Positions 26,554 to 42,720 of a stretch of DNA of 64,000 nt are shown one piece after another. Both the position numbers and the translations under genes were made by a program. The stretch lies in assembly GCA_964016885.1 (NCBI GenBank), contig OZ024744.1, positions 62,124,001 through 62,188,000 of the forward strand, in the 5' to 3' direction. Under the pieces are notes generated by a model. That model saw only the letters and a list, made by a program, of their open reading frames with translations. It was not told where the DNA came from and did not search any database. This DNA comes from Eledone cirrhosa. Taxonomy: Eukaryota. Within the stretch, counting starts at the first letter, position 1; each line of letters opens with the position of its first letter.

Positions 26554-27119
26554 ATGTTCATTTGTATGCATTACATGCCTGGAATTGCACTTCATCAGAA
26601 AGATAATTAACAAGGAAAAACAGGGATAAAGTTAGTTATATTCTTAGTCGTGATTTCCACATTTCTGCAATAAGCATTACTTACTGCTAACAAAGCTAAT
26701 ATACAAATTTCAATTGGTGCCATCCTTGCCATTTAATGTACACATTCCATGCTAGCATGGGTTGTCCCATTAGAGGCAGGTTGAGTCAGGTGACTGTATC
26801 CTGCACACACAGAACTGTTTCTGGCTAGATTTCTAGAGCTGGATGACCTTCCTAATGCCAACCACATTTACAGTGCGTGCTGGGACTCCTAGACGACCAC
26901 TTTACAGTGCGGGCTGGGTGCTTTGGTATATAGAAAATTGGAATCAAAATATAATATATAAAAAACAAAAAATAGTGAATGAAAAATAAAAAAAGTACAT
27001 GAATAATAATGTTTATATATCCCCAAATCAGTTTTGACTACTGAATTGGGGATACATAAATATATGGATGCCACATGCAACATTTAAAAAAAAAAAGATG
27101 GTACACACACACCCATTGA

Positions 27120-27562
27120 TTCAGACATGTGATGCACATGAAGGATGACAGCTGTATAAAAAAAAAATGCAGGGCACTCAAACTTGCGAGAAGCTATGGG
27201 TAAGAAGACATAAGAAGATTTGGGATGAGATGATAAAAGCTGACCTTGCACAGTCCACCCTGTAAAGTGATTTTGCTAGTGATATGACAAAAGGCACCCA
27301 GTCCAGCCTGTTAGGTGGTCGTGCTGGTGAGACAAAAAAAGGCACCCAGTCCATCCTGTTAGCTGGTCATTTTGGGAGCACGACAAATGGCATCCAATCC
27401 ACACTAACATGGTTGGTGTTAGAAAAGGCATCTGGCTGTAGAAACCAAGCAAAAATACAGATCCATAAAAACATGACGTGGTCTCTGGATCTGACTCATT
27501 TCATAACGTGATGACCCATCTAACCCATGCAAGCATGGAAAATGGAGGTTAAATGATGATGA
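27120..27562 (+). mobile_element. RTE C-terminal fragment and 3'-UTR-type repeat
   Basis: HVMHMKDDSCIKK..CRA..WDEMIKADL; ends AACCCATGCAAGCATGGAAAATGGAGGTTAAATGATGATGAT. Confidence 0.8.
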
Positions 27563-27637
27563 TATATAAAATACACTAGAATAGTACCATTTTAATTCCC
27601 ATAAATACATCAAAATACATTTATTTTTCATACAAGG

Positions 27638-27890
27638 TTTAACCTTTTTGTTACTATATTTCTAATAAAAATTAAAAAAATACTGCTTATGGTCTTCAAA
27701 TGATTTTAAAAATAAAAATTTGAAAAGATTTAGTAATATAACTAACTTTTTCATTTAGAGAATGTTTGGAACAAAGGTTCTTACATAAAATTATGATGGA
27801 AGGAATTATAGATATACACTTAAAAAAAAAACATTTTATATTAAAAACAAAAGGGGCAGTTCCAGGCAGTTTGATATCAAAGAAGGGAAG
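27638..27890. mobile_element. MITE family B, degraded
   Basis: TTAACCTTTTTGTTACTATATTTCTAAT...AGTTTGATATCAAAGAAGGG. Confidence 0.65.
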
Positions 27891-30214
27891 TAATGAGTCT
27901 TTAACATTTAAGTTCCTTATAAGACAGGATCACATTACATTGAAATTACACAGCTGAAATCTGATGGCTAATCTACTGCAATTAAGCTACTTTTTATTTG
28001 GTTGTTTTGGAACTAATCTATGTTTAAGTGATACAAAAAGCATTTAAAATAAAACCATAGAAAGTTATTCAAAGAAATGGAAATTATTTCTCAGTATTCA
28101 CTTCTCTTACTGTCTAACTAAAAATATTAAAATCAGTTTCAGTAGTTTCAAAAATAACTAAAATCTTTTAATAGCCCATCTATTTTTGGAATATCCTCAT
28201 TTGATTTCAATAATTAATCTTATAAAAGTTTTTAAGCCAAGAAAATCAAAGAGAAGTAATAGTGAACAGGTAATTAATATTCAAAGTAGATAAAGCTTTT
28301 ACTAGAATCTTCTTTGGTACCAAGTACTTCAAATACAAATCTCACTAGTGTTGACTGTGTTGTACCCCAACAGCCTTAATACCAATAATGTTCAGGATTA
28401 ATTAATTATGGGGTCACATGTTGAAGGATGAAAGCAACTGGGTGAGAAGAGTGATAGAAATTAATGTGATGAAGGTAGGTAGAGGAAGGCAAGGCCAAGA
28501 AAGATGAGGCTAAAGATGATGGGGGATGAAGAAACAAAAGCTAGGAATTGGTGAGGGGGCATGCAAAATATACAAATCTGCAAGCAAGTGGTTGTGAAGA
28601 GACCCATTTAATCATAGTGAGTCTCATTACTCTGGAGTTTTGCCTGTTTATCACAGGGTCATCAGACCCTTTAGCCTCAATAGTGCGTGCGTGCGTGCGT
28701 GTGTGTGTGCGTGTGCATGTGTGTGCGTGTACGTGCTCAATTGGGAGTAACCACAGTAAGTAAGGCACTCAATACATAGAGTATAAATATTAATATATGT
28801 GTGTAAAGTCTGTGGTGGCAGGACTGAGGAGACCACAAACCCAGGTGATACTTCATGCATGGGAAGAAGCAAATTGGATATAGAGGAAAGTAAACATCTG
28901 ACCACATGCCTAGCAGTTTCAGCTTGCTGGAACCAAGTCAAAAACTGCTAGGCACCTGTACAAAAGAGGTCCTGCCAACCCTTTGTTTGGCAAGTTTTGT
29001 GTGACTGGATGCCCTTCCTATCACCAACCACTTTACAGTATGTATTGGCTGTGTCTATCATGTAGATCATCAACACTAGCAAGGTTGTCATACTGTTGAC
29101 ACAACTGAAGTGTCCTCGTGACCCATTTTTGCATGGTTTCTATACCAGGGTGCTTTTCCTATTGCCAACCACTTTACATGGTGTACTGGGTCATTGTCCT
29201 AACTGACATGCCATGCTCTGTGGAAAGAAGAAGAGAAGGGTGATAGGTATGAAATTATGGATGTGTGGCAAATGTCTAATTTGATACCATAGTGTCGAGG
29301 GATGTAGTGGTCGCGAGAATACCTAAGCATGGAGATAAAGGTGAGAGGTATGGATGGTGTGGTCAATAGCGCAGGGTGAGGGTGGCCTTCACCAGTGTCA
29401 GAAAAAGGAGGTGTAGTGATGAAGAGAATAGCTCAGGAGTAACAGTGAAGACAGTATGGGTGGGGAACACAGGTGTAGACAGAGTAGCTACTAGCATCTC
29501 CACAATTTCATCACATTTACTTTTCATTGTTCCACATATGTACGATGATGATACATGGTTTTACATATCATTTTCATAGTTTAAAATCCATTTTTCCAGC
29601 TAGCAATGGGTGAATGGATTGTTGCAAACCAACTCAGTACTTAGCCAGAGCCACTAACTACTCAGGTAAGCCAGGAGTTTATTGCTTATATACATTCCAG
29701 TCCTTGCACTGGGTGTGTTTTATCATGGCACCAATACTAGGGAGGTTGTTAGGCCATTGATACAACTGAAGAATACTATCTTTTTGGCAGGTTTTCTATA
29801 GTTGAATGTCCTTCCTTTCACCTACTATATAGATTGTACTGGATGTATTTAAACGTAGCATGACACATCACACCACACAAACACAGACCACACCACACAC
29901 AACATGCAACATATACACACCACATGCATGCATAAACATGTAACAAAAAGATCTTTCATTTCTATTTTTTTATCTTTTGGTCATGTATAATTACTAAAAC
30001 AATAGTTTTACAAATAGATAAGTTTCACAGATAGAAGGTTTATGACTGCTTTAAAACAAATAATTGTTTCTACTTTTGGCACAAGGCCAGCAATTATCCC
30101 ATTTGTTTTAAAACAAATAATGATGGGGATTTTCTTTGATTTCTTTTATCAAGTATATTCATGTACATACATGAAGCTGACACTTTTGGAATATGTTTTG
30201 CAATATAAGAGAAA

Positions 30215-30224
30215 TGCGCGTGCA

Positions 30225-30275
<51 letters not shown>
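30215..30275. repeat. (GT)n microsatellite
   Basis: Direct reading. Confidence 0.9.
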
Positions 30276-30774
30276 AAACATGACCATTGATTGCCCTAAA
30301 CAAAACTCAGATTGCCTTACCTTGTAAACAAAACAGTCAGAAAACACCATAAATGTGCATTCATAACCCCCTCTAAACCAGCAATCCTAATTTCATAAAC
30401 CAACCATGGACCAGCCACCAAATGGGGAAGTCAGACTTTATCAAGCTGCAGCTGTCATATTACGTAGTTTCTGTATAATATATACATCTACACATACATG
30501 TATATACAAACATAAAATGGTGATCAAACACACACACACACAGAGGAAAGTAGTCAATATTTCAAGGGTTTGTAATCTTCACCTTGTTGGGCATTGAATT
30601 CATCAGGTTGCTGCTGGAGAAAGTGCTGCTGCATGTCACTTCCCAGATGAGAAGCTTATCACTGCTGCAGAACAGGAAGATTGTGATACCATCTAGCATT
30701 TTGCTGTCCTTCAGTATAACCCCATTTGTTATAGCTGCAATGGGAAGCCAAACCCAATAGCATCAAATCCAAGC

Positions 30775-31013
30775 TTAACCTTTAGCATTTAAACCGGCCA
30801 TATCCGGCCAGAATTCTCTCATCTCTTTCTGTTTAAACCAGCTGCTCATACTTATGTTAAGGTATTGTTCTCAAAATAAATAATATCAAAATCTATGATA
30901 TTTTGATATTACTTATTCTCATAGATTTTGATAAGTGAGATAATTATGCAAGATAAAGTCTTTACCACAAAAATACAATAGTATATATAGAGTAATGTAA
31001 AAGCTAGAGTTAA
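30775..31013. mobile_element. MITE family A copy
   Basis: TTAACCTTTAGCATTTAAACCGGCCATATCCGGCC...GAGTAATGTAAAAGCTAGAGTTAA. Confidence 0.85.
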
Positions 31014-32029
31014 TGAAGGCTGAACACATCTACCATGGATCTGTATGTTGTTTGTAAATCTTAAGGCCAAGCCTCAGTGAAACAATATGGAGGCATTCAC
31101 TTTCCAGATGAATATCAGTGAACTGCAATAGTATAGCACCATTACGGGATTGTGAGGTGGAGCGGAAACATGCCAGACAGTGCTGGTCAAGCAGATGCAC
31201 AAGACTATCAGAAGCTTTGTTGCACTGGATTGCATCCCATTTACATTGGGGTGGCAGTTAGACAACCATAAATTGGAGATCATGTCAGCTCCAAGACCCA
31301 TATGACACATTGAGTTCCCTAATTGAGTGGGCTCTGATGATGGTATAACAAGAAATCAGTGACAAAAGAAATGTAAGTAATGCCAATGAAACTGGAAGCC
31401 AAAGACCACAGCTACTATATCTGACAGGTAAAGTAGCTCATTGAATTATATGTTGCATATCTCTACATCATTAGGGATGAGATAAAATTCATGACTGTAA
31501 CAAGGGGCACTGCGAAATGTATACAAGAGAGACATATGCACATCAATCAGATGCAGTCTGTTTGTGAGAGTTACAGGCTGGTGGAGTTTGGGGAGACAAT
31601 TGGAAAGCAAGTGGGAAGAATGGTGACCCAAGCATGAGAGTATTATCCTTTGAGGTCACCTGCACTTAGTGAAGTATCAATCACATCTTCATGATGAAAG
31701 CCTCAAAACCCTCTGCGTTGTAATTAATGTTCATGACCTCTAACTTCGACAAGTTGATCTCAAGGCCAATCCTCACCAAAGCAGAGCTTACTGATTAAAG
31801 ATTACAACAGATAAATCTCCACAGGACCACATATAGCCAACATCACAGCACTATGGATGATGTATGTGCAACATCGTCCCCACCAGTGGCGAAGAGGAGT
31901 TGGTCCAAGGGGTTGCCTTGCTAGATTAAAGAACAATATCCATGACAAGGAACATACATAGCTGATCCCTGTCCATCTACTCATGCAGGTGTCTGAAGGA
32001 AACACACACACAGGCAGACAGACATCTAT

Positions 32030-32462
32030 ACTAGACCTGAAAAATGTGCAAGCTCAAAAGAGCCACAGAATGTTATAATAGACCTTCAAAAGTTGTTGCT
32101 CAAAAATATTGTAATCATTATCTATCGTACACTCTGTGGCATCCTTTTATAAAAAGGAAACTCATAACGAACTCAAGACAACACAATAATTATTTAAGCT
32201 AATGTTTAATATCTCATATTAGATGTTTAGTAATGATTAATATGAAATGCACCTGAACCGAATTCTATATTATAAATTTACTTAAATAATTATTGTGTTG
32301 TCTTGAGTTCATTATGAGTCTCTTTTTTATAAAAGGATGCCACAGAGTGTACGATAGATAATGATTACAATATTTTTTAGCAACAACTCTAGTCCTACAC
32401 GTTGGAAGGTTTATTATAACATTCTGTGGCTCTTTTGAGCTTACGCATTTTTCAGGTCTAGT
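32030..32462. mobile_element. Foldback/MITE-like element with about 170-bp inverted arms
   Basis: 32030-32198 is the reverse complement of 32281-32462 with few mismatches and one short insertion; termini ACTAGACCTGAAAAATG / CATTTTTCAGGTCTAGT. Confidence 0.85.
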
Positions 32463-32722
32463 TTAATATTTTTTTAAGGCAAAGCTTGTAATAACTCTAG
32501 TTAAACATGATATATATTAATAATAAATTATCATTGTAATGTAATTAGATTATATAATTGTTATTTTATAAATGATCTTATAAATATTATTGTAAGAAGT
32601 ATAAAAATATGTTCAGACTTTTAATAGTTAATATAAATTTTTAAAAAATCATATATAAATTAATATAACCACGGCCAGTGATACCTTTGATTTTTTTTTT
32701 ATTCACAAGCTACACATGTATG

Positions 32723-32794
<72 letters not shown>
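32723..32794. repeat. (CA)n microsatellite
   Basis: Direct reading. Confidence 0.95.
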
Positions 32795-35596
<2,802 letters not shown>

Positions 35597-36012
35597 TATG
35601 TATGTAAGTATATCATGTGAAAAGTAATCAATGTTGTATCAGACTCACTACGCATTATTTTGTTTTTTTGTGTATGTTTTAGGGATGGAGAGAAAAGAGA
35701 TGAAAACATGGAGAAAAAAAAATTCACAAGATTGACAAACAATAATTGTAAACATTTTTTAAAAATTAACACAGGCGTGTTAAACATAGTATGTCTGTGT
35801 GTATGTAATAAACAGGCTTGTTTAATATTCATATATATTCGTTTGTGTGCTTGTCTGTTCCCAAGACGTGGTCCCTTGACCTGTCTAATCTCAAACAGTG
35901 TCAACACACCCTGTTCATACCAGCAAGGAAACGGTAGTAAAATGATGTATAATACACACATATGCAAACATGCACACACACACACATCTATATACATACA
36001 TACATACATACT

Positions 36013-36068
<56 letters not shown>

Positions 36069-36857
36069 TAATACACACAAATTTAATATTCATTGACACA
36101 CACAGACACAAGTTATATATAAAGAACCAAGAGTAACATCCATCTCCATAGTTCTCCGTAGTTCTTCAAAAAGCCGACAGACAGAAACACAAGTTATCCC
36201 AAGTTGTTTTATGCAAGGCACCTACCTCTAGAGGTCATAACAGTTGGTGAGAGACGGCAGAAACCGACAAGAACAGGCAACGCGAAAGAACCAGAACCAG
36301 TACCACTGCGAAAATAAAAAGCACAGTACCACCGCCACCTCACCCCCACATACACACACACACACACACACCAGGAAAGCACACGCTATGTTTGAAGAGG
36401 AAAGGGAAAGAAGGAAAAAAAGGCTGATATTGTGATAGAGAGGATAAGAACAGGCTACGAGGTAGAGGGGGTGGTGATGATGAAGGTGGTGCTGGCGGCG
36501 ATATAATATAATATAACTAGACTATAAGAACAAACAAGCTAGCAGCATTGGTAAGCAGCAATAAGTTGAGACCAGGGATGGAAGCAGCTGAGGGTGGGAG
36601 AGAGGGGAAAGGGGTAGAGAGAAGTTTTAGAGTTAGGAATGTCACTGAGCATCTATCTATCTATCTACCAACTATTGAAAACTACCACCAACAAAGGAGA
36701 GAAAGAGAGGGGGGAGAGAAAAGAGCTTGCATGCAGTTAACTCCCACTTTTTTGTTGTTTCTTCTCTTTTTTAATGTTTTCACAGCATTGATTGCAGAAA
36801 AAACTTAAAAAACCGCAAAAGCTGGCTTCTGTTTGTTTATGCTTGCTTACTAACTAC

Positions 36858-37200
36858 AGCCATAAACTTAGAGAACCCAACAGCTAGTAGAAAAAGAGCT
36901 AACGAGAAACTCTCTAAGTGATCGTTTTATCTGCTAGAAATAGCAGCCAAATCTCCCTTCAATAACACATCTTACTAACTATAGCCATAAACTTTTTTTT
37001 TTAAAATCAACCAGCAGAAAACGAGGTAACAAGGTGTCCTTTAAGTGGTCGTTATATATAACAGCAGCCAAATATCCCTCCAATCACACATGTATGATGA
37101 GGTCTTATATACTTCTAAAAAGACAGGATAGTCATGGCTGGAACATCTTTTATCGCAGGTTTACTCAATCAGTGCTCATCTGGGGCTAAAGAACAACCTC
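36858..37200. repeat. Dispersed repeat in local tandem duplication (CTGCTAGAAATAGCAGCCAAATCTCCCTCAAATCACAC family)
   Basis: Two units here; related copies at about 15060-15130, 22100-22155, 63665-63710 and 63815-63865. Confidence 0.65.
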
Positions 37201-37671
37201 AACAATTACAACATCTAGCATGGCCTGTAAGAACTTGCCAAATCTCTCTTCTTTCTTAAAAGTGACATTAGAAAATAGACCTATAAACACTACTATGCCT
37301 AATAAAAAAGATAGGGTGGTCATAACTGAAATGCCTTTAGCCCTATGCTAGTTAAGTTATGAGGCCCCAAACATTTGAAAAATTCATTGTAAAAGAATTT
37401 GGGGACAGGAAGATGCCCTCCCCCTGACCAATGGGGCCCTGTGCTTAAGCACAATGGTAAATCCAGCACTGCCTTTGATTCTTGGTTTACTCTATCAAAC
37501 TTGACCTACAGCTAAACAATAACAAACAACTAAAACCTTAACATTCTAGGTGTTGAATGTATAGTTTATGATCAGTATCCATAAAGAATAGGAGGGTAAT
37601 GAAGGCTATCACTTCTCAATATAGAGTAGTGAGAAAAATATTCAACATTTCTTCTTTACAAATATTAATTC

Positions 37672-38280
37672 ATCATCCCCATCCTTATTATTTCAGGTCT
37701 GTTTTTCATGCCAGCAAGGGTTGGACTGGTCATCACAGTTCAAGTCAGTACTGAATCATAGCTATTGTTCTACATGTGTCAGAAAGGGATAGGTTGGGGG
37801 TAATTTCTCAATACCTTCCATTTTCAGCATGGTTTTTATAGCTGGATGCCCTTCCTAACACCAACCACTATACAGCATGTACTGGGAGCATTTTATCATG
37901 GCTCTAACACAAGGGGAACTGTTATGTCTTTGACATGATTGAAGTGGCCTAGTTCTATTGGTCTTTTCATATTTCTACAACTAAATGCCCTTCCTAACAC
38001 TAGCCACTTGTTCTGGGTGTTCCAGAGTGTTATGGGTGCATTTTATTGTGGTACCAGCACTAGAGAGGTTGTTATTTTCATGGTGTGACTGAAAAGTTCT
38101 TTCAACCTTTCTTTGGTATGGCTTCTACAGTTGGATGCCTTTCCTAACACCAACCACTTTACACAGTATGCTTGGTTGCACCAGCACAACTGAAGAGTCC
38201 TTTAAACTTTTTCTTTGGTATGGTTTCTACAGCTGGATGCCTTTCCTAACATCAACCACTTTATAGAGTATACTGGATAC
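37672..38280 (-). mobile_element. RTE-UTR-type element with four tandem CTACAGCTGGATGCCCTTCCTAACACCAACCAC units
   Basis: Units near 37838, 37975, 38125 and 38227; degenerate terminal stem-loop at about 37695-37725. Confidence 0.75.
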
Positions 38281-38302
38281 ATTCTATACTTTAATTATAA
38301 TG

Positions 38303-38514
38303 GTTCTGACTTAGGCACAAGGCCAGCAATTCTGGGAGGAGGGAAAGTCGATTAATTCAACCCCAGTATGTTACTGGTGCTTTATTTTATCGACCCTGTG
38401 AGGATGAAAGGCAAAGCTAACATATGCGGGATTTAAACTCAGACCGTAAAGGGCTGTAACTATGTCACAAAGCATGGTGCCCAACGCTCTACTGATACTG
38501 CCAATCCACTGCCT
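38303..38514 (-). mobile_element. Full-length SINE S1 (long variant) with 18-bp TSD
   Basis: TATACTTTAATTATAATG at 38285 and 38517; head GGCAGTGGATTGGCAGTATCAGTAGAG on minus strand. Confidence 0.9.
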
Positions 38515-39927
38515 TTTATACTTTAATTATAATGCAAAGTCATAGTAACAAACTACTACATCTTAATTTTCCTTGTTTGTTTAGGTCTGATCTGAGTTTT
38601 TTTTTAATTGTACCTTATTTTTTTCACATACTTTATATATTTACTTGTTTTATAACTTCACAAACCTGAACTGTGCATATACTTTTAGAATAAGTATACC
38701 CTGACATCATGCTGCTGCGTTGTGAAAGACAAATAAAAGGGTTGATGACAGGAAGGGCATCTGACTAAAACACTGCCTCATTCCATGCCAACATGGAAAA
38801 GTGAACAGACAACATCCCAATGATGATGATCATCATCATCATCATTGGGATGTTGTCTGATGATATCAGCTAGGAGGAATAGTGGAGAAAAGAATAAGTA
38901 AAGTAACAAGTAGGACAATGGGGTAGATAGTGGGAGGGGCAGTACAGCAGGGAGTGAGGAAGCTGTAGGCGAAATAATTAGGTGGAAGAGAATATCAACT
39001 AGCAATCCACCAAGTGGTCTTAGATTCACACTCCAGAATCTACTGTAGTATAGAATTTCTAGTTGGTTTTGTTATTGTTTTGTTTTTTTTTCTTTTTCTA
39101 GACTTGAAAGAATTTAAATGAAATGTTTTTCAATGGAGTAAAAACAGAGAGGGATTAACCAAACATAACAGAGAGATGAGGAGGAATTGGTTTAGTCTTC
39201 AGATATGTATCTAAAACAAAAGACAACAGAAATAAAAAATTTAATGAAGACACAATATTTTATCATAGGCACAAGATACAAATTTGTGGAAGAGGTTAGT
39301 CCGATACACGATATGTACTCTTTTACTGGTTTCAATCATTAAACAGGGGCTATGCTGGAGCACTGCCTCAAAGGGATTTAGTCAATCATATTGACTTCAG
39401 TACTTATTTCAAGTGTTGTACTTATTTTATTAAACTGTTTGTCAAACTGCCAAGTTATGGGATGTACATGGACACACATATTATGCATACAGTATTTTAA
39501 TAAATCCCTAAGTTTATTCAATTCTTTTAACACAGACAGAGGTTATAAAGTTCATTTCAGATCTGTGGTTTGAGTTCAATTGCACTGTGTGTCACATTGG
39601 GCAAGTGTTCTTTACTATAATTACATGTTAACATTGTAAGTGAACTTGGTAGATGGATTATGTGTGTGTGCCATGAGTCATTGACAAAATAAGTACCAGA
39701 CTTTAATAAAATAAATACTGGAGTCGATATGATCAACTAAATCCCTTCAAAGCAGTACACCAACATTGCCACAGTTTAATAACTGAAACCAGTAAAAGAA
39801 ATGTCTTATACTTAGTAGCATTACCCCTTTTAACCCTTTCGTTACTATATTTCTAATGACAGACACTGTCTATGATAATCCGGAATTATTTTGAAAAAAA
39901 TCCGGAATTTGGATGGATTTAATGATA

Positions 39928-40232
39928 TACTGTATTTGCTGGGCTATTGGACGCCCCTTCATATAAGATCACCCTTGGTTTTACAAAGACATTTTGAGGG
40001 GGAAAAAAGAATTTTAATACAATTCTTCATAAATTTATTAAACATTACTTCATTGTTTTTGGGGTTTGCTTTTTTTTTTTTTTTTCATTGTACATCTGCA
40101 CATTTACTATTTAAGGTCCATTCGACTTCCCATCAATGATATGGCCGTATTGGACGCAGGGACGATTTTTTTTAATGTTTTTTTTTTTCTTTTTTAAAGA
40201 AAAGTGCATGCAATAGGCCAGCAAATACAGTA
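39928..40232. mobile_element. Tc1/mariner (pogo-like) MITE
   Basis: TA-CTGTATTTGCTGGGCTATTG ... CAATAGGCCAGCAAATACAG-TA, one mismatch, TA flanks. Confidence 0.8.
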
Positions 40233-40295
40233 ACTAACTTTATCATTTATTAAGTTGATGTTTGGAAGTTATTATGGAAAGTTTATAGATAAATA

Positions 40296-40605
40296 TGTTC
40301 TTCGCCCACTTATTCCTGAGAGGGTCGTGGGGGCAGAGTCCTCAAACACTCCTTCCAGTGGGTCCTGTAAGAAGCAACGGTCTAACTGATCTGGCTGGAT
40401 CCCCAAGCGTGACCAACCAAGCTCGTGGATGTTATCCAACCTTTTGTCTACCCCTGGGTTGGTTTTGGCCATAAAATCTGTCCAGCAATATTTTCCAGAG
40501 ATTCTAACCACATACCCATAGTATCGGAGCTGTGATCTCTCAATTTGGAGAATTGGTGGCTCTACCTAGAGTGACTCTCTGATCTCTGAGTTGTGCACTT
40601 TATTG
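40296..40605 (-). mobile_element. 3' fragment of a third LINE family (RTE/Expander-like C-terminus)
   Basis: Minus strand ILQIERSQLRYYGYVVRI...RLDNI..LGWSRLGI; ends CCACGACCCTCTCAGGAATAAGTGGGCGAAGAA. Confidence 0.75.
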
Positions 40606-41630
40606 AGTAAATATAATCGTTTAAAAATTAGTTTTATATCATAGAACCAGAACCAGTTCTAGGCACTTTGGTATCGAAAGGTTTGACAGGAAACAAAAGA
40701 GTATATAAATAAAATTTTAGTTTGATTTTTACCGCTATTGTGCATTTTAGAAAATTATTATTATTAATTCCATTTCAATTTCTTTCCTACTGATATTTCA
40801 GTGGCAATGAAAACCAAATTCCTCCTGTGTAATAAAAAGATCTCAAATGAAAATCTTGTAGCCAAACTAAATTTAGGAAAGCCTCATGAAACATAACGAG
40901 AATGTAGAGAACTAAGTTTAAGCTTCTTTTTTTATGGCGATGGGGGGGAGGGGGTGAATGCCTAATTTTAACTTGAAACTATAAAGCACTAGTGCATAAC
41001 TCATTGTTTCACAGATGAAATAAGTAATATTTGGTTTCTTCAAGTTGTAGCAAAGTTGGGAGGGAGGAGAGGGCTGAAGAGACTTACTTTCAAATCATTA
41101 GGTTTGGTATCTTAAGCAAGTGGCATTTACCATATATTCAACTCAAACCATGCCTTGTTAGTGAAATTGAGTAGACGGAAACTGAAAGCCTGATGGATGG
41201 ATGGATGGTACATATAATTCAAAGGGATAGCCTTGTCACACACAGTCATACTGAATCTCCCTGAGAATTACATTAAGGGTATATGAGTTGGTGGAAAGCT
41301 CAGCCTCTTATTCATTAATACATGAACAGGCTGTTCCATTGATTGAACAACAGGAACACACATCATACAAACCAATGTTGAACCAGCGTGCGCGTGCGCG
41401 CGTGCGTGCGTGCGTGCGTGTATGCTATAGTCATAAATATCTGGTTTTAACAAATGTTTTAAACATGCATAACTCTTTCAGAAATCTTTACTTATTTCAA
41501 GGCATCTGAAAGAGATATGTTTATGTCTATGAAACCAGTTATAAGTCAAACTACTAACATAAATACTGTCAACTTCCTCATTATGTGTTTTCTTTCATCT
41601 GTACCCACACCCACACACACACACACACAC

Positions 41631-41672
<42 letters not shown>

Positions 41673-41707
41673 TATAAGATCAAAAGATTGTTAAAAGAGT
41701 TCCAAGA

Positions 41708-41773
41708 ATTTTATTTTGCGCATTTGAAAAACAAATATCATGGGATGATATCTGCGTTCTCATCAGATAAAAT
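41708..41773 (-). ncRNA. Degenerate minimal type I hammerhead ribozyme motif
   Basis: Minus strand ATTTTAT-CTGATGA-[15-bp stem II GAACGCAGATATCAT/ATGATATTTGTTTTT, one mismatch, some G-U]-CAAA-TGCGCA-AA-ATAAAAT; stem I perfect; GAAA and UH mutated. Confidence 0.7.
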
Positions 41774-42720
41774 AGGGAGAAGCTTAAAAAATAAAGTAAG
41801 ATGGATATGAGATTGGAAAAAAATGGGGGGGGGGGGGGGGTAGGAAAAGGTAAGGAAGAGGAAGAAAGAAAATAAAGGATGGTGGGGGAGGAGTATAAGA
41901 AGGAAGGATGAGAGAGGAGGAGAAATGAGTGATAAAGAGAGAGAAATAGCCTTTACAACTGAGAAAACATTGTCTCACAGAGAGAAATTAAAAAACCGTT
42001 GGAAGATAATAGATAATTTAAAAAGATTTTGAAATTAAGAGTTAATGAGGTTTATGGATGTTGATGTTTATGATTGAAGAAAAGGGAATTAGGAATAGTA
42101 TTAATTTAGGTTTATGTATTGAAGGGTTTAATAATATGTGCGGGGAAAAAAAGAGAATTTATTAATATGTATTATTAAAATAAAAATATTAATGATATTA
42201 AAGATATAATGTGAAAGGAGAAGAATAAATGAGTTATGAACTTAGAGGAATTATTTAGGGTTTAAGTTTGTTTTTATGTATTGTAATATGTAAAAGTAAA
42301 TAATAGGTTTAAAACAAGCACGGAAGGAGAGAAGAAAAAAGAGAATTTAAGGAAGAAAAAATATCTAACGCCAAAAAGTATATATGTTTACATAAATTTT
42401 CTAATGGTAATATTATATATTAAAAAATATATAATTTCTATGGCCAATAATATGAGGAAAAAGGGAAAATGGAAAATGCTGTAGTGAGTAATAATATGAA
42501 TTGAGAAGTAAAGGTTACATATTAAAGATTAGAAATTTAAAAAAAAAAAAAAAGGAAGAAAGGAAAAAGGATAAAAAAAGAGAAAGATAGGGGATCACAA
42601 CGACAGAGTGAGTATTGTATAATATAATATACTGAAATAAGGTAGAAAGATGGGTATATTTGTAAAAGATATAAAAGCCTTTGAGAAAAGAAGATTTTAA
42701 ACTACTTAGGTATTGAGATA

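Larger units (their letters stand above)
39830..40687. mobile_element. MITE family B carrying two nested insertions
   Basis: TTAACCCTTTCGTTACTATATTTCTAATG...TTTGGTATCGAAAGGTTTGA. Confidence 0.75.

Noticed and set aside
41775-42720. SECIS element in the Penelope 3' UTR
   Set aside because: No convincing RUGA/AAR/GA hairpin seen by eye; left to computational search.
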